Origin: Chitinivibrionales bacterium
GTDB lineage: Bacteria; Fibrobacterota; Chitinivibrionia; Chitinivibrionales; WJKA01
DNA: 64,000 bases
Assembly: GCA_038247415.1 (NCBI GenBank)
Contig: JBBRUX010000001.1
Coordinates: forward strand, 64,001 to 128,000
Direction of reading: 5' to 3'
Positions within the stretch are counted from its first letter, which is position 1. Each line of letters opens with the position of its first letter. Positions 9,875 through 23,475 of the stretch are shown piece after piece. Under the pieces are notes generated by a model. That model did not search any database. It had not been told where the DNA came from and saw only the letters and a program-made list of their open reading frames with translations. A program made the translations under genes and the position numbers.

Positions 9875-11355
9875 AAATCCTGATTTTTTTGTCTGCCTGC
9901 CTGTGCGTCTGCATTCTCTCCTGCACTCCAAAAACCGCTCATGCGCAAACGTCTATTACCGTTGGTGAACGCCCACGCCTTGGGGTACCCCCCGAAACCA
10001 CAACGACGCTGACACAGGACAGCACTTCGCCAAACTCATCATCCGATGAATCAACTACCATGACAACCTCAGAATTACCTATCGACACCCTCATAACGGC
10101 ACCTGCCAACACTATTCCCCGAGGCGGGTTTTTGAGCATTTCCACGTTTCGCAGTAATCAATCGGTTGCTCTGTCGCCATTTCTTGGGTCTCCCGACTCC
10201 TCAACCATTCTCGATATGCTTTTTACGCTCTCCTTTAAAACACCCCGCATCGTTGCAATGCATCTTGCAAAGGGATTATCCAATGCTCATGGAGAGGAAA
10301 TAACTGCATTTGATTGTGTGGATGCACTAAATACACTCTGCAAAGATCGATCTGCATGTGCGCGCGGCCTTTTCGTATACGTTGACGGAATGGATGACCT
10401 TCTTGTGGGGAAAGAGGCTGTGCTGAGAGGCATGCGCGTTTTTGATGCTTCAACTATTTTATTTTCATTGACAATACCAGATTCACGTGCACTCACCCGT
10501 ATGAAATCATTTGAGCTTTTACCCGCCTCGCTTGCGCTAGGCCCGTATACACTTGCATCATCAAAGATCAATGAACTTAAGGCAAACAGACTGTTTGTTG
10601 GCGGCATTCCAATGCTTGACTCTTTGCGTATTTACAAAGGTGGAGACAGTAACCCCTTTGTAGGTTTTTCGCGGGGGGTCTATGATCTTGTTGAGCTGGT
10701 ATTCCAAAAGGACATTTCCTACGCCAAAAGCAACTTATCAGCTTCGGGTTCATTAACAACGCTGCAAACCGATCGCTATTTTTTGTCTATCACAAATGCA
10801 ATGCCCTTAGCACTCAGAAAAGCATTAAAAAACTCGCTGCGATTGCCCGAACTTATTCGCTCGGAACTTCGTGTACAAGCGCAACCCATTACATCGCTTT
10901 TTGCAAATGATAGTATTTTGTCAACCAACGTATTAGATACTACGCCCCTGGGCGTAACGATGCAACCCAAAAGCTTGCAGCCATTCTCGGTGCTTGTTCG
11001 CCAAGACGACCCCGTTTCAATGAAACTCGGGAGAACTTTATTAAATAGACTCTCAAGTATCGGCATTCCCTGTACGCTGGATTGTAAAGATGAAACACCT
11101 TTTGAAAAAACTCTTGCAACTCGCAGGTATACGATTGCTATCGGATATATATCGGGAGAATTTTCGCCCTCGGCTGGAGACAGCCTACGCGTGGGGCAAT
11201 CCTGGTTTAACTCTAATGAATCCGAAGTAACACGAATCCAAGCCATAACCGAAATTCCGCTCTTCGCTCTTGATATTGTTGGTTTTTGTAAACCAAGCGT
11301 ATCATGCCTTAGTGGCCCTCGTTATGCACTCTGCTATAGAAACGCTTCCTTATGA
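9871..11355 (+). CDS. Lipoprotein resembling a divergent family-5 ABC substrate-binding protein
   Basis: Lipobox [17 protein letters not shown] resembles the SBP5 F(S/H)DG.P.TA.DV motif; LGPY. Confidence 0.5.
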   Translation: MKILIFLSACLCVCILSCTPKTAHAQTSITVGERPRLGVPPETTTTLTQDSTSPNSSSDESTTMTTSELPIDTLITAPANTIPRGGFLSISTFRSNQSVALSPFLGSPDSSTILDMLFTLSFKTPRIVAMHLAKGLSNAHGEEITAFDCVDALNTLCKDRSACARGLFVYVDGMDDLLVGKEAVLRGMRVFDASTILFSLTIPDSRALTRMKSFELLPASLALGPYTLASSKINELKANRLFVGGIPMLDSLRIYKGGDSNPFVGFSRGVYDLVELVFQKDISYAKSNLSASGSLTTLQTDRYFLSITNAMPLALRKALKNSLRLPELIRSELRVQAQPITSLFANDSILSTNVLDTTPLGVTMQPKSLQPFSVLVRQDDPVSMKLGRTLLNRLSSIGIPCTLDCKDETPFEKTLATRRYTIAIGYISGEFSPSAGDSLRVGQSWFNSNESEVTRIQAITEIPLFALDIVGFCKPSVSCLSGPRYALCYRNASL

Positions 11356-12497
11356 AAGAATTAACCATAGAAAAAATTGTGCATGGAGGGTTTGGATTAG
11401 CGCGAACCCCCGAAGGCATTGTATTTGTGCATGGAGCATTACCCGGAGAAACTGCACAATGTGAAACTATAGGCACTCAAGGGGGAATTGCCCACTATCA
11501 AGCAAAAAAAATACTAGCCGCATCCCCCGATCGTGTTTCTCCACCCTGCGAATACGCCACTGTATGCGGCGGCTGTAATTGGCAATATGCGAAAATAACT
11601 GCCCAAACCGAATTTAAAAGAGATATATTTCTCGATGCGCTTTCTCGAGTAGGAAAGCTTACCATAGACATTCCTATCCGCCTGATTTCGCATCAATCCG
11701 AAAACTATCGGCAACGGGCGCAAATCAAGATTGACCAGAAAAATCACGTGGCTGGCTTTTTTAAAGAAAGCACTAATGAAGTTATTTCTATTGGGCGCTG
11801 CCCACTCCTTACCGATTCGATTAATAACCTCCTTGCAAACCCTGCAAGTATGCTTGATGCAAAAGTCGATGCAGTCAAGGTACTAGGTGGTAACAATAGC
11901 AGGATTGCGTCCTCTCCCTTGCTTGCAAACACTTTTTCAACAACGACAATCGCTGTTGGATCCCATACGTTCTCGGTGCGCGGGGATGGCTTTTTCCAAT
12001 CTAATGCATTTCTAGCTTCCGATTTAGCAACCTTTGCGTCGGAGTATATACGAGGATCTAAAATTGTAGATTTATATAGCGGGGTTGGATTTTTTCCTAT
12101 CGCTTCGGGAAAACGCTTCGATTCGGTCGCGATGGTTGAATCGGCACCATTTTGCAAAGAAATGACACTTAAGAACTGTGCCGACAATAAATTCCCTAAC
12201 GCTACCTTCTATGCGAATGATGTCGAAAGTTTTCTTGCTCGCAATTTTTCAGTCCTTTTAAACGCTGACACGCTTATTATAGATCCTCCACGCACAGGAC
12301 TCGACAAACCAGTTCGAAAGTCAATTGGGGCATCGGGTATTAAAAGGATTATTTCGGTAAGTTGTGATCCTGCTACTCACGCACGAGACATTGGCTATTT
12401 TGTAGCATATTGCGGATATTCGATTTCTGCTGTGGCGCTCTTTGATATGTACCCTCACACGCACCACAGCGAAACCGTTATAATACTAGACAAATAA
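11352..12497 (+). CDS. rlmD: RlmD/TrmA family rRNA m5U methyltransferase
   Basis: TRAM N-terminus, CGGC Fe-S motif, FFQSN, DLYSGVG, DPPRTGL, VSCDPAT, DMYPHTHHSE. Confidence 0.88.
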   Translation: MKELTIEKIVHGGFGLARTPEGIVFVHGALPGETAQCETIGTQGGIAHYQAKKILAASPDRVSPPCEYATVCGGCNWQYAKITAQTEFKRDIFLDALSRVGKLTIDIPIRLISHQSENYRQRAQIKIDQKNHVAGFFKESTNEVISIGRCPLLTDSINNLLANPASMLDAKVDAVKVLGGNNSRIASSPLLANTFSTTTIAVGSHTFSVRGDGFFQSNAFLASDLATFASEYIRGSKIVDLYSGVGFFPIASGKRFDSVAMVESAPFCKEMTLKNCADNKFPNATFYANDVESFLARNFSVLLNADTLIIDPPRTGLDKPVRKSIGASGIKRIISVSCDPATHARDIGYFVAYCGYSISAVALFDMYPHTHHSETVIILDK

Positions 12498-12499
12498 TA

Positions 12500-13483
12500 T
12501 TAGTTGGCAAGCAACGCTTTAATGCGTTTCCAACCATCGGCAGGGATAGATGCACCCTGTACCTGACACACTTCGTAACCACACGCCGAGGCAAGTTCAC
12601 CACAGCGCTCAAGCGAAAACCCATTTATAATACCATATAAAAATCCAGCTGCCCATAAATCGCCAGCCCCCGTTGTATCAAGCGCAGATCCATCGCCCTT
12701 AATGCCAACGGTGATGGTTTCACCTATGCGAGAAATAATACTCCCTCTTTTACCAAGCTTGTGCACTGCAATAGGACAGAGCGCAGCAAGTGCTGCCATG
12801 GCTTCATGCTCGGTTTTCATACCGGTAAATGCGGAAGCTTCATCTTCGTTGGCTATAAGGATATCAACTTTGGATGCCAATTCCATGAGAATATCCCGTT
12901 TGGCATTCACAACGGTAAAGCTTGCCAGATCCAGAGACACACGTGCGTTCGTCTGCTTTGCAAGCTCAACTGCTCTGCGCATGAGGCTTTCATTAAAAAG
13001 GAGATAACCCTCTATATGAATGACAGCTGCGTCTGCAAAATCTTGTACATCAACTTCGTCTGCGGTTGACTCCGATGACGCACCAAGGCAGGTAAACATT
13101 GTTCTCTGTGCATCGGGGGTGATAACTGACAAAACGCGACCCGTTGGAGAGCTTGATACAGAAAGCCTCGGCTCTACATGCGATGCCTTGAGACTGTTTT
13201 CGAAAAACAATCCCATTTCATCGTCGCCACGTTTTCCCATAAAGCGCGCCGGTCCGCCCAAATTGCCTGCACCTAAAATTGTATTGCATGCCGAACCACC
13301 CGGGACGATAGCTGGCTTGTTTTTCGTTTGCGAAAGAAGATTAGTTATGTACGCGTCATCAACAAGCGTCATACCACCTTTTTGTGCGCCTGTGCGGGCC
13401 ACAAACTCGTCCGACTCAAATATTAAAAGATCTACGAGTGCAGATCCAATACCAGCGATTAACCTACGCGAAGATTCTGCCAT
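12500..13483 (-). CDS. PfkB family (adenosine/inosine) kinase
   Basis: PGGSACNT, ANEDEA, DTTGAGDLWAAGF. Confidence 0.9.
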   Translation of the reverse strand: MAESSRRLIAGIGSALVDLLIFESDEFVARTGAQKGGMTLVDDAYITNLLSQTKNKPAIVPGGSACNTILGAGNLGGPARFMGKRGDDEMGLFFENSLKASHVEPRLSVSSSPTGRVLSVITPDAQRTMFTCLGASSESTADEVDVQDFADAAVIHIEGYLLFNESLMRRAVELAKQTNARVSLDLASFTVVNAKRDILMELASKVDILIANEDEASAFTGMKTEHEAMAALAALCPIAVHKLGKRGSIISRIGETITVGIKGDGSALDTTGAGDLWAAGFLYGIINGFSLERCGELASACGYEVCQVQGASIPADGWKRIKALLAN

Positions 13484-13638
13484 GTGAAAAAGCCTTTCTG
13501 ATGATTACGATAGTGCGGCAATGTGCCGCGACTGCTTGAAAATTATTTACAAACTCGCACCCGCGGCCACTGAGTTTTCTGAGGAGGGCGCGTACCAGTC
13601 AGACGTTGGTATAATTGCCTTATTGTAATATTCAAGTA

Positions 13639-13947
13639 TCATGCATTTTCCCAAGGTTTTAATGGCCACTTTGTCAAATCCCGAGAACCTCGAATTACTG
13701 CAATCATTTGAACTGACTCCCCTTGAATTCGGTACATGATTCGAAAATTCTGTAAAATCAATTCTCGGATCTTTGGATCGGCAACTTCAGGGACTGCACG
13801 ACCAATCTCGGGGAAATCAATTAACATCTCTACGGCATCCAATATCTTTTCGATGAAGCTTGCAGCATAAATCTCAGAATCTCTTGCAATATAACTGCGA
13901 ATAGATTCGAGATCATCGGCCGCTGGAACCGTTCATCGTAAAATCAT
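13639..13947 (-). pseudogene. RelE/ParE family toxin with nonsense codon at codon 5
   Basis: MILR*TVPAADDLESIRSYIARDS...FPEIGRAVPE...IRELILQNFRIMYRI; TGA at 13933-13935 where homologues have Trp. Confidence 0.85.
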
Positions 13948-14123
13948 ATTTTCAGAAATCTTTTTTTAAGGTCCTCATGCGATAGCAGATGCCCTTCATC
14001 TGCTGATTTAACACCTTTGTCAATTTTATTGCAAACATACATTTCATACATGAGGTCATCCCATGATGCTTCATCGGAAAGATTGTTAAGGAGCTTTTTT
14101 GCGTCCTCTTTAACAGCACTCAT
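13944..14123 (-). CDS. Antitoxin of RelE/ParE-type TA module (59 aa)
   Basis: Manual translation MSAVKEDAKKLLNNLSDEASWDDLMYEMYV...EGHLLSHEDLKKRF; AGGA RBS; ATGA overlap with toxin. Confidence 0.82.
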   Translation of the reverse strand: MSAVKEDAKKLLNNLSDEASWDDLMYEMYVCNKIDKGVKSADEGHLLSHEDLKKRFLKI

Positions 14124-14157
14124 AAGATAGTCCTTTCACACTCGTTTTTATGAGGGC

Positions 14158-14937
14158 TCAAAAATGCATGCGAATTGGCACACCGCGATCTGAGAGATAC
14201 TGTTTTATACCTGCAACTGTATGCGTGCCATAATGAAGCATAGAAGCAACAAGAGCTGCATCGGCTTTGCCTTTGGTAAGTACATCGTATAAATGTTCTG
14301 GTGTTCCGCCCCCACCCGATGCGATAACCGGGATACCTACTGATTCAGCAATCTGGCATGTCAAGTTTAGCTCATAACCATCGCGCGTTCCATCGGCATC
14401 GATACTATTGACAACAAGCTCACCTGCTCCACGATCGTGCCCTTCCTTGGCCCAGGCAATTGCATCGATTCCCATAGGCGTTCTGCCACCATTGATAACA
14501 ATTTCGTATCCTGAAGGTATTGATGCAGAAGTAGGAACTTTAAGAACATCCATAGAAAGCACCACACACTGGGCTCCAAACGCATGTGAGGTTTCATTAA
14601 TAAGGCTTGGGTTTTTTACCGCTGCCGAATTAACATTAATTTTTTCGGCACCCGCCAAAAGCACCGCGCGGGCATCATCGACACTGCGCAGCCCCCCACC
14701 AACCGAAAAAGGAATAAACACTTGCGCCGCCACAGCCGACACAACATCAAGCATAATGCCACGGTTATCGCTTGACGCCGTAATATCATAAAATACAAGT
14801 TCATCAAGACCATCGGTATAATAGCGCCGTGCCGTTTCAACAGGATCTCCAATATCTTGGGTGTTGACAAATTTAACACTTTTGGCAAGCTTACCATTGC
14901 GGACATCAAGACATGAAATAATTCTTTTTGTTAACAT
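14158..14937 (-). CDS. hisF: Imidazole glycerol phosphate synthase cyclase subunit
   Basis: [36 protein letters not shown]; start placed at ATG 14937. Confidence 0.95.
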   Translation of the reverse strand: MLTKRIISCLDVRNGKLAKSVKFVNTQDIGDPVETARRYYTDGLDELVFYDITASSDNRGIMLDVVSAVAAQVFIPFSVGGGLRSVDDARAVLLAGAEKINVNSAAVKNPSLINETSHAFGAQCVVLSMDVLKVPTSASIPSGYEIVINGGRTPMGIDAIAWAKEGHDRGAGELVVNSIDADGTRDGYELNLTCQIAESVGIPVIASGGGGTPEHLYDVLTKGKADAALVASMLHYGTHTVAGIKQYLSDRGVPIRMHF

Positions 14938-15551
14938 GCACTGCCATCCCAAAGAGTAAAACGCCGCAAAATCGACAAACCCAATTCTCCGCTTTTTTCG
15001 AGATGAAACTGTGTTGCAAAAAGATTTTTGCAGCCAAGTGCTGCTGTAAACGGAATAGTATACGTACACGTCAGATAGACAGAAGAATCATCTGCTACAC
15101 ACGGAAAATAGGAATGCACAAAATAAAACTCTGCCCCGTCGGAAACATCTTCCAGGAGCGGATGGTTTTTAACACGCTTGACACAATTCCAACCCATGTG
15201 CGGAATTTTAAATTCGCTGCTTGGAGCTACAAATTTTTTACATTCACCGGGAAGTAAACCAAGGCACTCAGTAGGACCTTCTTCTGAGCGGCTCAGAATT
15301 ATCTGAGTTCCCAGACAAATTCCAAGCAGTGGAGTGCCCCTCTTAAAAACGTCGAGAAGCGCTTTTCCAAGCCCTGTGCTCGTAAGGTTGTGCATAGCCG
15401 ATGCTGCATGCCCAACACCAGGGAAAATAACACGATCTGCACCTCGAACACTATCTGGATCGCTGGAAATAATCGCCTGCACACCTAAATAATCGAGCGC
15501 GCGCTTAACAGAGGTGAGATTTCCAGCTTTATAGTCAACGATAACAATCAT
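14931..15551 (-). CDS. hisH: Imidazole glycerol phosphate synthase glutaminase subunit
   Basis: [41 protein letters not shown]; start ATG 15551. Confidence 0.95.
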   Translation of the reverse strand: MIVIVDYKAGNLTSVKRALDYLGVQAIISSDPDSVRGADRVIFPGVGHAASAMHNLTSTGLGKALLDVFKRGTPLLGICLGTQIILSRSEEGPTECLGLLPGECKKFVAPSSEFKIPHMGWNCVKRVKNHPLLEDVSDGAEFYFVHSYFPCVADDSSVYLTCTYTIPFTAALGCKNLFATQFHLEKSGELGLSILRRFTLWDGSAC

Positions 15552-15675
15552 AGGATAAATCCTAAAAGGAGAAAAGCAGTGACGGTTCTGGATTAATCTC
15601 TTGAGGGAGGTTAGTACCGCCAAGAAGGAAACCATTGTAAAATAGTTTGCTGCATTCCTGGCGGCTAATCAATTA

Positions 15676-18207
15676 TTATCGATTTGAGATATCGATTTTC
15701 ACTTGAGGGACATGCCAGATATCACGATTATATTCAGCAATAGTTCTATCGGAGGAAAACTTGCCCATGTTTGCTACATTCTTGATTGCCATGGAAGTCC
15801 ACAGTGCCTGATCCTTGTAGGTTTGCGAAACCTTGTTCTGACACTCGAGATAAGATGCAAAATCTGCCATGATCATATACCGATCCCCACCGTCAAGCAG
15901 TGTATTATACAGCGGCATAAAAAGCCCAGGCTGATCAAGGTCAAAATAACCGCCTCTGATCATATCCATCACCTGACGCAGCTCTTCGCACTGACGATAA
16001 TAATTCCATGGATGATACCCGCTGCGACGCAGATTTTCTACTTCATTGGTTCGCAAACCAAAAATAAACATATTCTCTTCGCCCACTTCTTCGGATATTT
16101 CGATATTTGCACCATCCATGGTTCCAATGGTAAGGGCTCCATTAAGCGCAAATTTCATATTCCCTGTTCCCGAGGCTTCGGTGCCGGCGGTAGAAATCTG
16201 CTCCGACAAATCTGCTGCGGGAATAACATATTCGGCAAGCGATACACGATAATTGCCAAGGAAATGAACGCGCAAAGCATCTGATGTCTTTTTATCATGG
16301 TTGACAATTTCGGCTATATTATTGATAAACTTTATGATAAGCTTAGCCATATAATAACCAGGGGCAGCTTTTCCGCCAAAGAGAACAACACGCGGTACAG
16401 GGTTGACTATTTTGCCACTTCGGATTCCATTGTAGAGAGAAATCACATGAAGCGCATTCAAAAGCTGGCGTTTATATTCGTGAATACGTTTAACCTGAAC
16501 ATCATAGAGGAAATCGATAGGAACATCAACTCCCTGCCACTCCTTAAGTTTTAGCGCGAACGACTTTTTGGCAGATACTTTTGCCATCTGCCACTGCTTT
16601 TGAAGCGATGGATCTGACGCATGAGGCGCAAGGGTGGAAAGCTTTCCAAGATCGGAAACCCACTCTCCCCCAACCGTTGTGGTGATAAGAGTCGATAGTG
16701 CCGGATTTGCTTTATAAAGCCATCGACGTGGTGTTATACCATTTGTCTTATTATTGAAACGAGTTGGCCACATATCACAAAAATCTTTAAACAATCCGCT
16801 TATGAGAAGCTCGGTATGAAGGGCAGCAACTCCATTTACAGAATGAGACCCAACAATCGCAAGATGCGCCATACGTACCTGCGGCTCGGGGCCTTCTTCG
16901 ATAAACGACATACGTCGAAGGCGGTCGGTATCGCCAGGGAATCTTCTGATAACTTCATCGAGAAAATCTTTATTGATTTCGTAAATAATTTCCATATGAC
17001 GTGGTAACAAATTGGTCATGAGGGAAACAGACCATTTTTCGAGGGCCTCTGGCATGAGAGTATGATTTGTATACGCAAATGTTTTTCGGACTATATCCCA
17101 GGCTTCATCCCACCCAAGATTGTGTTCGTCAACCAGAAGTCGCATAAGTTCTGCAATGGAAATTGCAGGATGGGTATCGTTGAGTTGTATTGCAACTTTT
17201 TCGGAAAATTCTGCGAAGGTCTCGTTATGTGCACGATAGCGACGAATAATATCCTGAAGGGAAGCCGAAGTAAAAAAGTGCTGTTGCTTGAGGCGAAGTT
17301 CCTTACCCGAATGATTTGAGTCGTTTGGATAGAGAACCTTGCTGATATTCTCGCTCATCATCTTGCTATGACAAGCTCCAATGTAATCGCCGCTATTAAA
17401 ATTGTCGAGATTGAATTCAAGGGCAGAACGAGAAGCCCACAGTCGCAAGGTGTTAACGGTATTATTATGAAATCCGGGAACAGGAGTATCGTAGGGTATT
17501 GCTAATACAGTATCGGTATCAACCCACTGGGTTGGGTTTTTTGAAGTAGGCCCGGCAGTTCGATGAGTTTTTCCATAAAACTTAATTGCGATACGATATT
17601 CTGGACGCTCTATTTCCCACGGATTGCCAAACTGAAGCCACTCTTCTGGCAATTCTCGCTGAGCGCCATTTTGAATCTGCTGCTTAAAAATACCAAATTC
17701 GTATCGAATACCATACCCAATGGCAGGAAGCTCAAGGGTTGCCATCGAATCGAGAAAACAGGCAGCCAAGCGACCAAGACCACCATTACCAAGCCCAGCA
17801 TCAGGTTCACTATCGCGAATTTGCTCATAATCGAGGCCTAGCTTTTTCATGGCTTTAGTGCACTCTTCGTTCAGATCGAGATTAAGCACATTATCCGCAA
17901 GCAGCCGACCCAAAAGAAATTCGAGCGAAAGGTAATAAAGCCGCTTGACATTCTGCTTATGATACGTTTGCTGGGTTAATATCCACCGCTCAATAAGGCG
18001 CTCGCGTATTGTATACGCAAGACTTAGGAACTGGTCGTGTTGGGTGAGAGTATATTCGTCTTTTGCGATATTATATTCGAGATTATTAAGAAAACCGCGC
18101 CAAATATCCTTTTCTTTCATTCCTTTGAAATGTATTGACCAGGGCGATTCTTCGGTGCTGTGATGAATTGGGTTTTTTGATTTCGGGTCCACTTTAGCCT
18201 TATTCAT
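15676..18207 (-). CDS. glgP: Glycogen/starch phosphorylase
   Basis: GLGNGGLGRLAACF, QLNDTHP, KRIHEYKRQ, EASGTGNMKF (PLP lysine). Confidence 0.97.
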   Translation of the reverse strand: MNKAKVDPKSKNPIHHSTEESPWSIHFKGMKEKDIWRGFLNNLEYNIAKDEYTLTQHDQFLSLAYTIRERLIERWILTQQTYHKQNVKRLYYLSLEFLLGRLLADNVLNLDLNEECTKAMKKLGLDYEQIRDSEPDAGLGNGGLGRLAACFLDSMATLELPAIGYGIRYEFGIFKQQIQNGAQRELPEEWLQFGNPWEIERPEYRIAIKFYGKTHRTAGPTSKNPTQWVDTDTVLAIPYDTPVPGFHNNTVNTLRLWASRSALEFNLDNFNSGDYIGACHSKMMSENISKVLYPNDSNHSGKELRLKQQHFFTSASLQDIIRRYRAHNETFAEFSEKVAIQLNDTHPAISIAELMRLLVDEHNLGWDEAWDIVRKTFAYTNHTLMPEALEKWSVSLMTNLLPRHMEIIYEINKDFLDEVIRRFPGDTDRLRRMSFIEEGPEPQVRMAHLAIVGSHSVNGVAALHTELLISGLFKDFCDMWPTRFNNKTNGITPRRWLYKANPALSTLITTTVGGEWVSDLGKLSTLAPHASDPSLQKQWQMAKVSAKKSFALKLKEWQGVDVPIDFLYDVQVKRIHEYKRQLLNALHVISLYNGIRSGKIVNPVPRVVLFGGKAAPGYYMAKLIIKFINNIAEIVNHDKKTSDALRVHFLGNYRVSLAEYVIPAADLSEQISTAGTEASGTGNMKFALNGALTIGTMDGANIEISEEVGEENMFIFGLRTNEVENLRRSGYHPWNYYRQCEELRQVMDMIRGGYFDLDQPGLFMPLYNTLLDGGDRYMIMADFASYLECQNKVSQTYKDQALWTSMAIKNVANMGKFSSDRTIAEYNRDIWHVPQVKIDISNR

Positions 18208-18465
18208 GAAGGATCCTTTAGTTTAACGGTATATAAACTGGTCGTTATACATGCATTATTTAATTGACGTATGAAAATTTAACCCTTTAAAAATATATTA
18301 GACCACTCCCGTAAGCCATCAGAATTAAGCAGTCCCGACATCCCGCACCATAAAAGCTTGAGCCACTCAACGCCGCGGGTGTATTTTTAAAACAGTACTA
18401 AAAGTCCCAATTTGCCCTACGACAAGGCAGCATACTCTTCGATTCAAACGAAAGCGACCCGACCT

Positions 18466-19218
18466 ATGACACCTTGGAAATTTATTCTTGTCATTCTTTC
18501 TGGTATTCTGGTAGGCGCACTTGGAACCTTCATTATTTGCACGCAGAAACCCAAAACCTTACCGAGCCAATCGCTGACCAACGTGTCTGAATCTGCCCGA
18601 CTGGTAGAATCTAACCTGAGTCGATTCTCAGACCGATTTCGATCCCAAATGGATGCATTGTGCACAACAGTTGCCCATGATGGCCCTTTTGCTCTTAAAC
18701 TCTTTGTTGAAAACGACCGCAATGCACCAGAAGTATCCGACTTTGCCGGGAAATTTATCGAACCCATGGCAATTGATCTTCTAGAAATAACCGATTCGGC
18801 CTTTGCAATACTTTCGAGCGGTCCTTATGGCGCAGCTCTGGGAACCATAGCCTCCATTATACCTTCATTGGTAGACGATGGGGAAGTACAATGTGTAATC
18901 GACACCATACGGGGACACGAAGTGCTTGCGCTTGAATATCAAAAAAAGGTCTCCATTTCCGATGCGATTGTTCATGTTAGGGGCGGCCTCATTCTCGATG
19001 ATGACTTCCTCGATGCGATACGTCCTTCTTCGGCCATTAAAATTGGCATCAAGCGTGGCAATACCATTTCTGTTCGAAGCCTGGCAAGTCGTTCTGATGC
19101 TGCTATAGACAATGGGAAATTGCAGATCGATAAGAGCATCTACGTTGCCGACACACTTGCACTTCCCTATCGCGGGGTGGGAGCTATACCATGCCTTCTT
19201 ATCCTGACGCGGCAATGA
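18466..19218 (+). CDS. Hypothetical membrane-anchored protein (possible Cache-like extracytoplasmic domain)
   Basis: N-terminal TM segment; start uncertain (track start 18412). Confidence 0.55.
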   Translation: MTPWKFILVILSGILVGALGTFIICTQKPKTLPSQSLTNVSESARLVESNLSRFSDRFRSQMDALCTTVAHDGPFALKLFVENDRNAPEVSDFAGKFIEPMAIDLLEITDSAFAILSSGPYGAALGTIASIIPSLVDDGEVQCVIDTIRGHEVLALEYQKKVSISDAIVHVRGGLILDDDFLDAIRPSSAIKIGIKRGNTISVRSLASRSDAAIDNGKLQIDKSIYVADTLALPYRGVGAIPCLLILTRQ

Positions 19219-19293
19219 CAGGAACACCTCAAAAAACACCCACAGAGCATCTACTTTATCTCCTGTCAATACTCTATAACGAATAAACACGAT

Positions 19294-20388
19294 ATGTACC
19301 TTCACGATATCATCTTTACCAACTTTCGAACGTATAGTCAGTGCGCACTCACGTTCCCCAAAGAAGGTGCACTCATTTGCGGAGACAATGGCAGCGGGAA
19401 AACCAATCTTCTCGAAGCTATCCATGTTCTGTGCACAGGTCGCTCTCAACGGGGAGCAAAACGGAGCGACATGATTTCCTTTAATTCCGATGTGTTTCGT
19501 ATTGAAGGAACATTCATATCAGATATCGGAAAAAATGAACAAGCGGGAATCGGGGTCTCTCGGGATAACAAAATAGCCTTAAGCCGCAACAACATTCCTG
19601 TTGCATCGCTTGCCAGCTGGTTTGGGCATACCCCGGTTGTGTCATTCTCTCCAGAAGATTTAAACCTTATTTACGGATCCCCTTTATTGCGCCGACAGTT
19701 TTGCGACATGATACTCTGCGCAACGCATCCAGATTACCTGCCAGCGCTCATTGCCTATCGGCATGCCTTACAAAACAGAAATCATTGCTTAACTAACGGA
19801 GCAGACGGTTCTTTACTAGATACGTATGAAGAGCTCATGGCAGCACATGGCTGGACAATTGCACTGTGTCGATTTGATTTGAGCATTTTTCTTAAAGAAC
19901 AATGCGCTGCAAACTATATGCTTATCGCCCCTTTAGACCAAGCTATTTCTATCGATTATAAAAGCTCGCCCAGCAGCGATTTTAGTAGTGCAGGCACGTG
20001 GAAGAATGTATTTTTAACTTCGCTACAAAAGTCTCGATTAAGGGATAGTTCTCTAGGTCAAACTTTTGTTGGACCGCATCGAGACGACCTGATTTGTAGA
20101 CTCGATAATCGACTGATACGAGAATTCGGATCCCAAGGACAATGTCGTTCTTTTGCATTAGCGCTGAGGCTTTCATCGGTGAGATTTCTGAAGGCATCGG
20201 GAATTTCGGCTATGGTTTTTTTAGTAGATGATGCTTTTGCCGAGCTCGATGACGAGCGGGTAAAACGATTATATCCGCTCCTTGTTCAACAAGGGCAATT
20301 ATTTATTGCAACACCCGCCCAAAAACCAGAAGGAATAGACCTTGCTATGCGGCTTAAGGTTTCATCGGGTGAAATTCTTGCACTATGA
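19294..20388 (+). CDS. recF: DNA replication/repair protein RecF
   Basis: NFRTY, GDNGSGKTNLLEAI, GPHRDDL, GSQGQ, LVDDAFAELD. Confidence 0.95.
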   Translation: MYLHDIIFTNFRTYSQCALTFPKEGALICGDNGSGKTNLLEAIHVLCTGRSQRGAKRSDMISFNSDVFRIEGTFISDIGKNEQAGIGVSRDNKIALSRNNIPVASLASWFGHTPVVSFSPEDLNLIYGSPLLRRQFCDMILCATHPDYLPALIAYRHALQNRNHCLTNGADGSLLDTYEELMAAHGWTIALCRFDLSIFLKEQCAANYMLIAPLDQAISIDYKSSPSSDFSSAGTWKNVFLTSLQKSRLRDSSLGQTFVGPHRDDLICRLDNRLIREFGSQGQCRSFALALRLSSVRFLKASGISAMVFLVDDAFAELDDERVKRLYPLLVQQGQLFIATPAQKPEGIDLAMRLKVSSGEILAL

Positions 20389-20678
20389 AAGCGAGTTCAC
20401 CACCGTCGCATGTTGGCGATATTGTTGCAGCACTTTTATCTGAACGCGGGTATCTTTCTGTTTGTCAGGAATACCAGGCGGTGCATCGATGGGCAGAAAT
20501 TGTAGGAGATAAGATAGCGCAGCACGCAACCTGTGATCGTGTAGAAGACGGTGTACTGTATGTTCGAGTTGCATCGGCTTCGTGGCGTCAGGAAATTAGC
20601 TATTTGAAACATACCATCCTAGAAACCGTTAAAACAGTTACAGGCTGTAAAACGATTCGGGATATTGTCTTGTATTAA
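20385..20678 (+). CDS. DUF721/DciA family protein
   Basis: W.EIVG..IA.H, LYVRVASASWRQE; canonical position between recF and gyrB. Confidence 0.85.
   Translation: MKASSPPSHVGDIVAALLSERGYLSVCQEYQAVHRWAEIVGDKIAQHATCDRVEDGVLYVRVASASWRQEISYLKHTILETVKTVTGCKTIRDIVLY

Positions 20679-23467
<2,789 letters not shown>

Positions 23468-23475
<8 letters not shown>

Noticed and set aside
18208..18465. Replication origin near recF/gyrB
   Set aside because: No dnaA and no cluster of DnaA boxes recognised.
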